A stretch of 64,000 nucleotides of DNA, taken from contig CBDCTJ010000003.1 of the NCBI GenBank assembly GCA_965222115.1, positions 503,948 through 567,947 on the forward strand, in the 5' to 3' direction. The notes below the pieces were generated by a model. That model was not told the origin of the DNA and did no database searches. It saw nothing but the letters and a program-made list of their open reading frames with translations. The first letter of the stretch is position 1, and each line of letters opens with the position of its first letter. The translations under genes and the position numbers were made by a program. Source of the DNA: Planctomycetota bacterium. GTDB taxonomy: Bacteria > Planctomycetota > PLA2 > JAEUHO01. Below, one piece after another: positions 1 through 9,697 of this stretch.

Positions 1-94
1 GTGCCTAACTCAATCCCCCAAGCGTATCCAAGGAGCCCGCCCCAACGAAGCGTTGCGATGGACCGACAAACGCGAGTCGTACTGTCGATTCGGC

Positions 95-568
95 TCAACG
101 CGAAACGTACAGGGACGACAGATCTGCCAGTTCTTCATGGAAGTAGTAAGCAACACCCGCCGAGCAGCGAACGAGAGCTGTGCGCGGTGCTTCACCCGCG
201 AGACTGCCCATAACAACTTCTAGTGCTACTGACCGACCGTCCCAGGCTGGATCCAAGGACGTGACGTAGCATCGACGGTCTACGCCAAGTTTCCGGAGTA
301 GCTTCAATGCACTCGCGCCCGGCTCACAGGGACGTCGAGTGAATGCCGCGTCCTCTTTTCGGAGCCAGTGCTCGAGGCCGGCGATCATTTGATTGTATTT
401 CCCTCGCTTCTTGAGGCTCTTCTTTGAGAGTCTGAACGGGAGTTCGCGCGTGGACGCGATCTCAAGGAATCGATCTCGTCGATCTGGCGCGATCAAGGTC
501 GCGGCTATTTGGTGTTCAAATCGACTACGATCAACGGCACTCGACAATTCAAGAGTAGGTGTGCTCAC
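95..568 (-). CDS. hypothetical protein
   Basis: Protein-like C-terminal half (CYVTSLDPAWDGRSVALE...GVAYYFHEE). GTG at 568 chosen because it overlaps the upstream ORF stop (GTGA); the track start at 637 is possible. Confidence 0.55.
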   Translation of the reverse strand: MSTPTLELSSAVDRSRFEHQIAATLIAPDRRDRFLEIASTRELPFRLSKKSLKKRGKYNQMIAGLEHWLRKEDAAFTRRPCEPGASALKLLRKLGVDRRCYVTSLDPAWDGRSVALEVVMGSLAGEAPRTALVRCSAGVAYYFHEELADLSSLYVSR

Positions 569-834
569 GTTACGATCTCTCCGAACGCAAGATGCGATCC
601 ACGAGTTGGCCCAAAGCCTGGAAGTAGCTCTCGACAATTCCCCGCATCGCGTCTGGCAGTCGCTCGTCCTACTGCCTTGTTTCGACCGCGTACGAGCGCC
701 GCGGCAAATCGAGCGTGTTGTCGCAACTGCCGCGGATTCGTCTCGCGCACAAACGATGTAATCCAGTATTTACAGCCGTATATCGACGCTGCCGTCCGGC
801 GGTTCCATGCATTGGCTTTCATCCCATAACTCAT
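565..834 (-). CDS. possible small hypothetical protein
   Basis: 89-aa ORF filling the gap between two minus-strand genes, with a 4-nt GTGA overlap to the next start. No recognisable motif. Confidence 0.25.
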   Translation of the reverse strand: MSYGMKANAWNRRTAASIYGCKYWITSFVRETNPRQLRQHARFAAALVRGRNKAVGRATARRDAGNCRELLPGFGPTRGSHLAFGEIVT

Positions 835-875
835 GCGGACGACAGCCCCCGCAATTTACTCGTGGAACTCGCGTA

Positions 876-3329
876 CTACTTTGCGGCGTTCTCCAAAACG
901 TACATATAGCTCTCGACGGTTCCGCGCATCTCGATCGGAAGTCGCTTGTCCACAATCAATGCGCGAAACGCTTCGATGGCCTGCGCACGATGATAACCAA
1001 GCTGAACGATCATGCTGAGCACAGTTGACAATTCGGGATCAGTTGGATCCAACAGTTCAATCATCGCGCTTTGACCTTTGGAGCCCATAAGTTGAAGCGC
1101 GATCGGCACATCGAGGCGATCGGGAGCATTGCGATCAGCGAATCGCTCCCGAAGCGCTTCAAGCACGAGACCCGAGTCAGGCGCGATGAGTGCAAGCACG
1201 CTTGCGAGATGAGGCTCACGAACATCCGCGGGCTTCTTGAACATGGTAATCAAGCGCGTGAGCATGGGGCGTCCGCGCTTGCCGAGTGCTGCCGTCAATT
1301 GCGTGCCCGCTTCACGGGTTTCGGGGTTGTCCGAATCCAAGAGACGCGCCGCCAACCGGAGCAACTTCTCGCGCTCCCCAACTACCGTACCGAACGCTCT
1401 GTCTGCAGCCAAAACCCGCCCCGCACGAGCGGCCTTGATGGGATCGTCGCCATCCAATCGGCGCTGCAGTTCTTGATGTGTGCGCCTGGGAAACACAGCA
1501 GCGAAGCTCTGAAGCGTCATGACAATGCGGTTCGTGTGAACCTTCGAGTCGGAGATATCCAGCGCGCGAAACAGATGGGGCACAAACGCCTCTTCAAACA
1601 CACCAACGCCATACATGTTGGCGGCGAGTTCAACAAGCATGCGTGGCTCGAGGCTCGCCAACATGCTCTCTGCCTCTCCAACGACGCGTGCTCGGTCGAC
1701 TTGATCTAGCTCCTTCAATGCGAGCCCTGGCCGATGGGTAACGATCATGCCCACCCGACCGTCACGCGCCGTCGATCGTCGTAGTCCAATGAGCTTGCCC
1801 ACGATCGCTTTTCGCGTTGCCGCGTCTACGTCATCGAGAATTCCCATAAGCATCGCGGGTGTCGGTGCAGGCACGGCGGCGCGCTCCACAAGACTCATGG
1901 CGTAATCGCGTACATCACCATCCTTACTCTGTAGCGCTTCCAGGATCGCCAAAGGAAGGCCGCCCACTCGTTGAAGTTGAGCCTCAACGTCACGCTGAAG
2001 CGCCTCACTTCCCTTGGCGGCTGTGGCAAGTAGTGCACCGGTGGATGAGGAGTCCCCCGCCGAGATGCGCCGCAGCAATTCTAACGTCACATATCGCAAA
2101 GACCGGTCCGCTGACTCGTCGTGCAACGCACGCAATAGCGCCCGGCGCCACGTACCAAGGTGAGGTTCGGAACGCGGAATACCTCGCTGAAGCGCCATCT
2201 GAAAGAGCCACGTACGCTCCGAACCGTCTAGCGATTGCAGAAGCTCGGCTATGTACCTTTGGATCGTTGGCCACAGCTCCCTCAATGCTGCACGCGCTTG
2301 TGTTGACCCATTGCGACCCTTCGCCAGCCGAAGTAACTCGGGCACTGCTGGAGCCGTAGCATCTCCGGCATGTCCAAGCGCCGCTGTGGCTACCGACCTA
2401 GCACGCGGATCAGCGCTGCGAAGCATTTCGAGCAACGCCGGGACGGCCTCCGACTCCACACGTTTCGTAGCTGCAAGCGCACCAGCCGCCGCAATGCGCG
2501 TATGGGAATCGGGGTCATCAAGCATTGCAACGACTCTTGCTCGTGTGTCTGCGTCTGCGCCACGCGCCTTGAGCATTCGCTTCGCAGCAAACCTTCGCAG
2601 CAAAGGATGTGCAGCGCTCGACATTCGAACAAGAGTTTCGACGGCAACCGTGTCGGGTCGCCAACGCGCCATCTGCATCAGTGCCAGTCGCGCGACCCGT
2701 GCATCGCTATCTCCTGCAAGCGACTCGATCAAAACGCGCTGCCCCTTGCCCAGGTCCTTCGACTTGCCCAAGTGCTTGAGGGCAGTGAATCGGACGTGTG
2801 AATCTGGGGACGCCGCAAGGTGAATAATCAACTCAGGATCTAGCGTGACATTGAGATCGGAACGGGTATACACCTTCGCGGCATGGCGCGCGAGTTTCTT
2901 GTCGTATAGCAACTCTCTAACAACCGGCAAGAGTGCATCAATGCCCTGAGATTTCTCTATCACGTTCAACACGGCGATTCGATCGATCTGAGCATCGCGA
3001 TGCAGCAAGCTGGCAAACGTGCTGGCTACCGAAGCGATGTCGAACGAACCGTCGTAAAAAACATCCAAGATGTATTGTCGCTTCTGTGTAGATGATTCCT
3101 CTCTAAGCGATTTTGCAAGCGCTGGAACGGCTGCCTGCCCCATCATACGCAACGCTGCCCGCGCAGCCGATTGCCCCTTCGATTCCGACAGTTGTGTGAT
3201 CCACCACGCGGCATCCTTTCCGCCATACACAGCTGGCGACGACTCTTCCTCGGCACATGCAACTTCGCATGCGCAAGTCGTACCTAAGATCAGGAACATC
3301 ATGGCACAAGCGTAAGCAGTGACGCGCAT
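876..3329 (-). CDS. secreted HEAT/PBS-repeat protein
   Basis: Signal-like N-terminus and YGGKDAAWWITQL motif, followed by many D-x-D-x-x-VR-x-x-A-x-x-AL helical repeats. ATG 3329 preferred over the track start at 3380. Confidence 0.8.
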   Translation of the reverse strand: MRVTAYACAMMFLILGTTCACEVACAEEESSPAVYGGKDAAWWITQLSESKGQSAARAALRMMGQAAVPALAKSLREESSTQKRQYILDVFYDGSFDIASVASTFASLLHRDAQIDRIAVLNVIEKSQGIDALLPVVRELLYDKKLARHAAKVYTRSDLNVTLDPELIIHLAASPDSHVRFTALKHLGKSKDLGKGQRVLIESLAGDSDARVARLALMQMARWRPDTVAVETLVRMSSAAHPLLRRFAAKRMLKARGADADTRARVVAMLDDPDSHTRIAAAGALAATKRVESEAVPALLEMLRSADPRARSVATAALGHAGDATAPAVPELLRLAKGRNGSTQARAALRELWPTIQRYIAELLQSLDGSERTWLFQMALQRGIPRSEPHLGTWRRALLRALHDESADRSLRYVTLELLRRISAGDSSSTGALLATAAKGSEALQRDVEAQLQRVGGLPLAILEALQSKDGDVRDYAMSLVERAAVPAPTPAMLMGILDDVDAATRKAIVGKLIGLRRSTARDGRVGMIVTHRPGLALKELDQVDRARVVGEAESMLASLEPRMLVELAANMYGVGVFEEAFVPHLFRALDISDSKVHTNRIVMTLQSFAAVFPRRTHQELQRRLDGDDPIKAARAGRVLAADRAFGTVVGEREKLLRLAARLLDSDNPETREAGTQLTAALGKRGRPMLTRLITMFKKPADVREPHLASVLALIAPDSGLVLEALRERFADRNAPDRLDVPIALQLMGSKGQSAMIELLDPTDPELSTVLSMIVQLGYHRAQAIEAFRALIVDKRLPIEMRGTVESYMYVLENAAK

Positions 3330-3424
3330 GCGTGCGTTCTCCCTCCAGCCAGAGCAGCCGATGGAAGAGTATAGTCCCACAGAATGGGCGCGATGTCCGC
3401 CATCGAGTTCGGACGTGAATCTTG

Positions 3425-4228
3425 CTATTTGTGACTGAGGCGCCTCATTCGATCTACCCGCAAACGATCGCGGTCATCAAATACGAGTCGCCTTGCGCCA
3501 AAGACGACGCCAAGCGTTCCAAGTGCAACGCCCCCAGCAATCGCGAGCAGGATAAAGATCTGATAGCGCGCCGCTACGCCCGGATCGCCGCCCGCGAGGA
3601 TCTGTCCCGTCATCATGCCGGGAATGCTGATGGCGCCGGCGGCGACCATCGCATTCAGGATGGGCACCATACCAATGCGCACGGCACGGCGAACGACATC
3701 TCGCGAGGCCTCGGCCGATGTCGCGCCGTGGGCGAGCAGAATTTCGATTTCGGTGCGATCTTTGCGAAAGCCTTCGAGCACCGTTTCAAGACCAAGTGCG
3801 ATACCGTTGAGTGTGTTGCCGAGCACCATGCCGAGAATCGGAATCGCATACTGTGGCTGATACCAAGGCTTCGTGCCAATGACCGCATTCAGCCCATAGA
3901 GCGTAACGACGAGCGAACTTACAAGCATTACGCCCATGCTCATGGCATAGATGCCGGGTACGCGATGTGTGGTTCGTCGAACGGCCTCAAATCCCGCAAG
4001 TGCAATCATGAAGGCCATCATCGCAACGACCGCCCACGGCCCCTCTTGTCGAAAGACCCATGTGAGTACGAGTCCGAGCAGCAACAACTGAATGACTCCA
4101 CGCGCTACCGCGATGACAATGCGGCGACCCAAGCCAAGTCGGAGCGCAATCGCTACGCCCGCATTGAGAAGTATCAATAGCGACGCTAACGCAAGATCCA
4201 CCCACCCTAGTGAAATCAACGCCATCAC
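3425..4228 (-). CDS. fetB: UPF0014/FetB-type ABC transporter permease
   Basis: Motifs RGVIQLLLLGLVL, YAIPILGMVLGNTLN, SIPGMMTGQILAGGDP and AARYQI; adjacent to an ATPase. Confidence 0.88.
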   Translation of the reverse strand: MMALISLGWVDLALASLLILLNAGVAIALRLGLGRRIVIAVARGVIQLLLLGLVLTWVFRQEGPWAVVAMMAFMIALAGFEAVRRTTHRVPGIYAMSMGVMLVSSLVVTLYGLNAVIGTKPWYQPQYAIPILGMVLGNTLNGIALGLETVLEGFRKDRTEIEILLAHGATSAEASRDVVRRAVRIGMVPILNAMVAAGAISIPGMMTGQILAGGDPGVAARYQIFILLAIAGGVALGTLGVVFGARRLVFDDRDRLRVDRMRRLSHK

Positions 4229-4845
4229 GGAAACGACACCACGCGCGCACCCACACGTGCCGCCAGTGCGTCTTCATGCGTCACCCACACAATCGCGCAC
4301 TCACCACCGGAAACCCACGCCACCAGTCGTGACTCCCATGTTGCGGCGCGCGCCGGATCCATGGATGACGTCGACTCATCCAACAACAATGCAGTTGGGT
4401 TGCATGCCAGTGCGCGCGTGAGTGCCAATACCTGCGACTCGCCACTCGATAAACGTTCGGTCGAAGCATTTGGCGCGAGTCCCTCAACGGATGTGTCGAC
4501 ATATTTCTCTTGCTGCACAGCAAGGTTCGCCACAACACTCATGCTGCTGGCCACAGTCCCCGGAAGTCGCGCACCCTCTGGATGCACATAGACAACACGA
4601 CTGCGCCACTCGGGCGCCGACATGGAGTCTAGGGTCATCCCTCGAAGCGCAATCTGACCACGATCCGCCGGATCCAAGTCGGCGATTGTCCGCAACAGAA
4701 GCGTCTTACCCGACCCACTTGCTCCGCGAATCACGACAATCTCTCCCGCCGCTACACCAAGATTAAAATCGCGAAACCATGGCGTTCGAGTGAGTCCCTT
4801 GATGGCAAGCAGTGGCGGCGGCGTGTTCACGGGGAGAGGGTACAC
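4225..4845 (-). CDS. fetA: ABC ATP-binding protein (FetA-type)
   Basis: Walker A GASGSGKT, signature LSSGE, Walker B LLLDE, VTH switch; 4-nt overlap with the permease. Confidence 0.85.
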   Translation of the reverse strand: MYPLPVNTPPPLLAIKGLTRTPWFRDFNLGVAAGEIVVIRGASGSGKTLLLRTIADLDPADRGQIALRGMTLDSMSAPEWRSRVVYVHPEGARLPGTVASSMSVVANLAVQQEKYVDTSVEGLAPNASTERLSSGESQVLALTRALACNPTALLLDESTSSMDPARAATWESRLVAWVSGGECAIVWVTHEDALAARVGARVVSFP

Positions 4846-4873
4846 GGAGCACGCTGCACGCTACACTTCGAGC

Positions 4874-5323
4874 ATGTCAAACATCTTCGCGCAAGTTGCA
4901 CAGCATTGGCTGGATGGTGGCGTACGACTCCACTCGCCAGCTACCGATGCACAAGTCGCCGAGTTTGAACATTCACAAGGCATCAAGTTGCCCGGCGATG
5001 TGCGCGAATATCTGCTCTCCGTCGGCGGTATGATGGATGGAGAAATGTGCTCCGAAGGGCTGACGTTCTACGGGTTGAGCGGAATCTATCTAGTCGACTC
5101 CCGATGGAAATTTGAGTCCAATCCACTGGGCCTATCTGTAATTGGGGATTACCTCGCGAACTGCTTCTGTTATGCCTTCAGCTCTACGGGAAATGGTAAC
5201 GGCGAAGTGTACGAGATTCACAACAATGGCAATGATCCCGGACAACCCGTTGCCGCATCATTTCGAGAATTAATGAAGCGCTACCTAGCGAATCCGCACC
5301 AATTGTCATGCGGACTTCGCTAG
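4874..5323 (+). CDS. SMI1/KNR4 (SUKH) family protein
   Basis: PATDAQVAEFEHSQGIKLPGDVREYL..GG and terminal VAASFRELM motifs. ATG at 4874. Confidence 0.85.
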   Translation: MSNIFAQVAQHWLDGGVRLHSPATDAQVAEFEHSQGIKLPGDVREYLLSVGGMMDGEMCSEGLTFYGLSGIYLVDSRWKFESNPLGLSVIGDYLANCFCYAFSSTGNGNGEVYEIHNNGNDPGQPVAASFRELMKRYLANPHQLSCGLR

Positions 5324-5615
5324 TGGATCTACTGTTGACTAACGCCACTCTGAGGATTTTCGAATACGCCAACGCGAGTATTTCGTTGACATTCCCTGCT
5401 CTTCACGATGTTTCAATCGGATCTTGTCTCAGCGGACTCAATACTTCTGGAATCCTGACATAAACGCGATCGATACGTCGTCTATCAAGTGATGATGTGA
5501 TCGCCTACGATGGAATCAGGACGATTGGACTTTCATCTAGGACTCCATACAATGGAGGCGTGAACCAACGAAACTGGCTACTCATTCAAGTCATTGATCT
5601 TGCGCTATTCGCTCT

Positions 5616-5891
5616 ATGAACCAGTCCCGCACCAAACCCAGGACTCAACGCACGTCAGGTTGGACGTATTTCGCATGCGGGCTCGTTTTCTTGTCTGGGG
5701 CGATCACGACACTTGAAGTCCTGCTGGGCTCTGTACCGGCGAAACAAGTGATCGTTGGGCTCGCGCTGCTCGGAATGGGTGTGGTCTATTTAATTCACGA
5801 CGAACACCCCATCGCTGCCCGATGCATCGAGTTGGTCGCGTTGGCACTCTTCTTGACATACGTAGTCATGTACTTAATTGAGCACGTGTGA
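5616..5891 (+). CDS. small membrane protein (about 3 TM)
   Basis: 91 aa with three hydrophobic segments. Confidence 0.55.
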   Translation: MNQSRTKPRTQRTSGWTYFACGLVFLSGAITTLEVLLGSVPAKQVIVGLALLGMGVVYLIHDEHPIAARCIELVALALFLTYVVMYLIEHV

Positions 5892-5985
5892 GTTCGTTCG
5901 CGTTCAATGCAGCTCCGCAGATTCAATGCGCACCCCTTCACCGACCTGAATCGTATAGACCCAATTCACAGGGCGGAACAACGGA

Positions 5986-6507
5986 TCAATCGAGATTCAT
6001 CAATGACTTAAACGACCTCACGGACGAGGTGACCTGACCCCGCTTTGTATTGATGAAACCAGGCACCTCCAGTTCTCTGTACATCCTGGTGTCGCTTAGG
6101 TTGCAGAGCTCGTGGTTCGCTCGGTAGGCCGCGCCTATGAGCATGACCTCTAACGCCTTTACGGCGGGTCGCTCTCCAGACGAGTGCGATACGAATCGGT
6201 TCTTTGGCGTAATTTGCGACAACAGATAGAGACAGGGTGTGCCCCTCCGCCCTGCCAGAACGCGATTATAATGCGTCAACTTGTGGTGCGCGAAGCACTC
6301 GCGACGAAACACGCGAGAGGTTGCACGGCCTACGTACCAGGGCCGAATTCCTCGTCCGGCCTTTACACCAAAGACGTAACACCCAATGGCATAAGGTAGT
6401 CCCGGCACATCGGCATCGACATCTAACCAAAAATCGTCGAGCGCCTCGCGATCCACGATGCCTTGATAGCGGGGAATCTTGTACTCCCCATGAACAGTGA
6501 ATTTCAT
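5986..6507 (-). CDS. stand-alone GIY-YIG-like nuclease
   Basis: GCYVF...WYVGRA...R...LE..LI...N pattern; GGAG RBS upstream of ATG 6507. Confidence 0.65.
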   Translation of the reverse strand: MKFTVHGEYKIPRYQGIVDREALDDFWLDVDADVPGLPYAIGCYVFGVKAGRGIRPWYVGRATSRVFRRECFAHHKLTHYNRVLAGRRGTPCLYLLSQITPKNRFVSHSSGERPAVKALEVMLIGAAYRANHELCNLSDTRMYRELEVPGFINTKRGQVTSSVRSFKSLMNLD

Positions 6508-6720
6508 GTAAGTCTCCGTGGCGAGGATACAGGTGTGAATAATCGCCCATCGCAGGCAGTCGAAGGCAAGGGTATCGCAACACCATCTTCGTTCATCATC
6601 CAAATTCACGCCGGCATGTACGAAAGACTAGGAGATTGGGCGCTCATACGGCGAGCATTGACTTGGAAGAGACAATCTCAAAACCGTGGGTACCCTCGCG
6701 TAGGACTTCACGCAACTCGC

Positions 6721-7488
6721 CTACTTCCCGCCGCCCTTAACTTCATTGAGGGTGTCCTTGAGCGTCTCTCTAAGTGTCTCGCTGGGATCGACGCGTATCA
6801 ACTCGTGAAGTCTTGACTGGACGCTTTCATCCTCGGGAAACAGCTCGGCCAACGCCTCCGCGGCACTCAATCGAACATCCTCGTTCTCATCACGCGTGAG
6901 GGCAAGCAGCTTGGGGCGTGCTTGATTGCGCACGCGAGGAAGATAGGCAATCGCGTTCGGCGCGTACTTCCGCACCTCAATGCTGGAGTCGTCGAGTACG
7001 GCCAACAACGCTTCGCCGGCAGGGTCGGCCCTTTCCTCCAAATCCGTGAGCGCGTCCACTGCCCAAATGCGAGCTTTCTCATGCTGACTTGAAAGTGCCT
7101 TGGCTAAATACGGAACGCCGGGATCGCCAATCTGCCCCAACGCCCACGACGTAGTCGCACTACACTCGCCACCTTGGATGAGCCGACGGTAGAGCGCGGG
7201 TGCAGCGGGTTCCGCGATGGGACCAAGTGCTCCCAACACCCCGGCGATCCATGCGCCGATGCCGGCATCGACATCTGAACGATCGAGTGCCGCAGCGAGC
7301 GGCATCACAATCTTGGCGCCGTGCGCGGGAAGCGCCTTGTGTGCCGCGTCGCGCTTCTCTCCGTCGTCGCCATCTACGAGATCGTGAACTTGCGCCGCAA
7401 TCGCCGGATCGAGAGCGGGCTCCGTAGGTGCAGATTCGCCACATCCAGAGAGCATCAATATCAAGATGAATGAGCAGGCGATGCGCAT
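6721..7488 (-). CDS. HEAT-repeat lipoprotein
   Basis: Lipobox LSGC after a hydrophobic stretch, followed by HEAT repeats (DENEDVRLSAAEALA). The track start at 7917 overlaps the next gene and is rejected. Confidence 0.8.
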   Translation of the reverse strand: MRIACSFILILMLSGCGESAPTEPALDPAIAAQVHDLVDGDDGEKRDAAHKALPAHGAKIVMPLAAALDRSDVDAGIGAWIAGVLGALGPIAEPAAPALYRRLIQGGECSATTSWALGQIGDPGVPYLAKALSSQHEKARIWAVDALTDLEERADPAGEALLAVLDDSSIEVRKYAPNAIAYLPRVRNQARPKLLALTRDENEDVRLSAAEALAELFPEDESVQSRLHELIRVDPSETLRETLKDTLNEVKGGGK

Positions 7489-7555
7489 GATGTGCATCGT
7501 AGCTCTAGCGAAGGCAATTCCTAGTGAGGCGCAGTGTATGTCAGCATCCAATCGA

Positions 7556-8455
7556 CTACGCGTCCAAAGGAACAAGTCGCAACTCCGCCAATACCAATAT
7601 GTGATCCGACAACGCGTCGTCGATCCCGTCGAAGTGGAGCGCGTGGTTGACACGCTCAATGGCGATGGATTTGCCCGATCGAAAGAGTATGTGATCGGGG
7701 TCCCAACCCATGTGATTCTTGTGCTTGCGTGGCCACGGGACGCGAGTGTTCCATGGTACCTGATGAATAGTGTGACCATCGATCCTGGTTTTCCCAAGCT
7801 TGTTTGCGTCCGTAAGTCCAGCGCGTAGGAGGCGTGTGTGCTGAGGATGTGGCTTGGCGTCGTCGTCCAGTGTGGGCGTATTGAAGTCACCCGCAATGAC
7901 GAGCGCCTCGTGTTCATAGCGCTTCATGTAGTCGAGCAATACGCCTAGTTGCATCGTGCGCGCTGGATTCTCGCCGAAGGCAAAGGTCAAATGTGTGTTG
8001 ATCACACGAATAGGTCCAACGGGTGTCTGAATGTGAAGATCTTGAAAGCCCTTTGCAGCAAGTCGCTCTGCGAAAGACAGACTTTCATGGAGCGGAAACG
8101 TCTCCACGTGCTTCGAGAGAATCGGCCAGCGAGACAGAGTCAAAAGTCCACCTTTGGCGCCGGCCGAATGAGGATGCGACTTCGCCATGCCCTTGGCGAT
8201 TAGGGCTCGATCGCCCTCAACCCAAATTTCCTGTAGGCAGATGATATCGAGCTGTAGCTTCGCCAATTCTATCGGCAGTTTGGTGCATCGCTCGCGCCAA
8301 CGCTTGGCGACGAAGGGGATACCCCAACAGTTGAAATTCGCCACACGGATCGTAAGGGCAGTTGGTTGAGTGGCTTCACTTGAGGGTGACTTGGAGCAGC
8401 CCACAATCGACAGAAGCACAAACAACACAACCGAGGTGGCACGGAAGGCGTTCAC
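7556..8455 (-). CDS. endonuclease/exonuclease/phosphatase family lipoprotein, neutral sphingomyelinase-like
   Basis: Lipobox IVGC; motifs NFNCWGIP, CLQEIW, NTHL, AGDFN, DHI and LSDH. Confidence 0.85.
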   Translation of the reverse strand: MNAFRATSVVLFVLLSIVGCSKSPSSEATQPTALTIRVANFNCWGIPFVAKRWRERCTKLPIELAKLQLDIICLQEIWVEGDRALIAKGMAKSHPHSAGAKGGLLTLSRWPILSKHVETFPLHESLSFAERLAAKGFQDLHIQTPVGPIRVINTHLTFAFGENPARTMQLGVLLDYMKRYEHEALVIAGDFNTPTLDDDAKPHPQHTRLLRAGLTDANKLGKTRIDGHTIHQVPWNTRVPWPRKHKNHMGWDPDHILFRSGKSIAIERVNHALHFDGIDDALSDHILVLAELRLVPLDA

Positions 8456-8515
8456 AGCGACACGATAGCCGACTCATCACGAAGAACGCGTGCGATTCAG
8501 TGGCTGCCAACGATT

Positions 8516-9013
8516 TCACGCCTGAGCGTCTGGGCGCCAAGCGCGTAGACGTGGAATCCATCTCGGTACATGGCGTTTGTAGGTCGCCCAGTGATCAGGG
8601 AACGAGCGTGCGGCCCACGGCTCTTCGTGTACAAGCACACGGACATGAAAGATGACAGATGCAACCAAAACGTAGCCAGCAAGTAGCGGCGACATGAACC
8701 ACACTGCCCATCCAGCAATCAGCGTGAGCACGCCGATATACATAGGGTTACGAACGCGGGCAAACAAGCCAACAGTGACGAGCTTTCGCGGAGGATCCCA
8801 TGGTGCCAATGTTCCGCGACCGACCGAGAAGAAGTCGCGGACGGTCCAGCCAACGATTAACACGCCCAGTGCAACTAATACAAGGCCCCAGTCCGTACGG
8901 ATGCCGCGCCACGAGTCCATGCTTCCGATCAGCAGCGGAATCGCAATCGCCACAATCATTGGCAGCGTGAGAATCGCACGAATGGCAGAAGCGGGGGTTG
9001 CGGGCACGCTCAT
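8516..9013 (-). CDS. isoprenylcysteine carboxyl methyltransferase/PEMT family membrane protein
   Basis: GRGTLAPWDPPRKLVTVGLFARVRNPMY, EE and Y...VPRWIP motifs. Confidence 0.88.
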   Translation of the reverse strand: MSVPATPASAIRAILTLPMIVAIAIPLLIGSMDSWRGIRTDWGLVLVALGVLIVGWTVRDFFSVGRGTLAPWDPPRKLVTVGLFARVRNPMYIGVLTLIAGWAVWFMSPLLAGYVLVASVIFHVRVLVHEEPWAARSFPDHWATYKRHVPRWIPRLRAWRPDAQA

Positions 9014-9046
9014 GCACCTGAGGTTACTCGCGATGAGATGTGAGCG

Positions 9047-9619
9047 TTACGACATGCCCAACATCAGGAGCAATGGCAGCACGATCGAGAACGCCATCAG
9101 GGCCAACAACCCGATTCCCATCTTGCTTAGCGGTGCGTTTGTCGCTGGTTGACTAGGCTCCAAGACGCGCTGAATGAGGTGACGAAACTTCCCATAGTAG
9201 AGTCCTCCCCACGCGGGCGTCTTTCGCACAAAGTAATTGAGCTTTGCGGTCGTGTCTCGTGCTGAAGGAACATGAAACCAAGCGAACCGCATGGGTGGCT
9301 TGGACTCACAGCGCTCGCGTGCCTCTTCCGTCACTTGACGGGCGAGATACGCCACAATGACCGCGACGCCTTTTTGAAAACCGCGAGGAAGCAACGAGTT
9401 GTCTAACTGCTTCGCCTTCGCCGCAAGCGATTCGCGATCTTCGTCAATCATGGAGGCGGTCAATTCGTCCACGTGGCGTGCAACCACCACATACGTTAAT
9501 TTCGTGAAGATGCAGTCCCAGTGCCACTGCTTCTTGATGGCAATGACCTCGTGTTCGCTCGTTTCAGCTATGTCGAATCCAAGTCGCTTCAGTTCGTCAA
9601 CTTGAGGCTCTAAAGACAT
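9047..9619 (-). CDS. hypothetical protein with C-terminal TM anchor
   Basis: GGAG RBS before ATG 9619; contains LPRGFQKG and a terminal hydrophobic helix. Confidence 0.7.
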   Translation of the reverse strand: MSLEPQVDELKRLGFDIAETSEHEVIAIKKQWHWDCIFTKLTYVVVARHVDELTASMIDEDRESLAAKAKQLDNSLLPRGFQKGVAVIVAYLARQVTEEARERCESKPPMRFAWFHVPSARDTTAKLNYFVRKTPAWGGLYYGKFRHLIQRVLEPSQPATNAPLSKMGIGLLALMAFSIVLPLLLMLGMS

Positions 9620-9697
9620 GGAGGCTCCTACGTTTGAATGATTATAGACTGACCGCCCGCCTTGGATAGGATGCGCCCTCAACTAAAGGAGCACCCC

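Noticed and set aside
5324-5615. Gene or pseudogene in the AT-richer gap
   Set aside because: The frames I read by hand gave only short ORFs with no recognisable motif.
7489-7917. N-terminal extension of the 6721..7917 ORF
   Set aside because: It overlaps the EEP gene in another frame, and the lipoprotein signal begins at about 7488.
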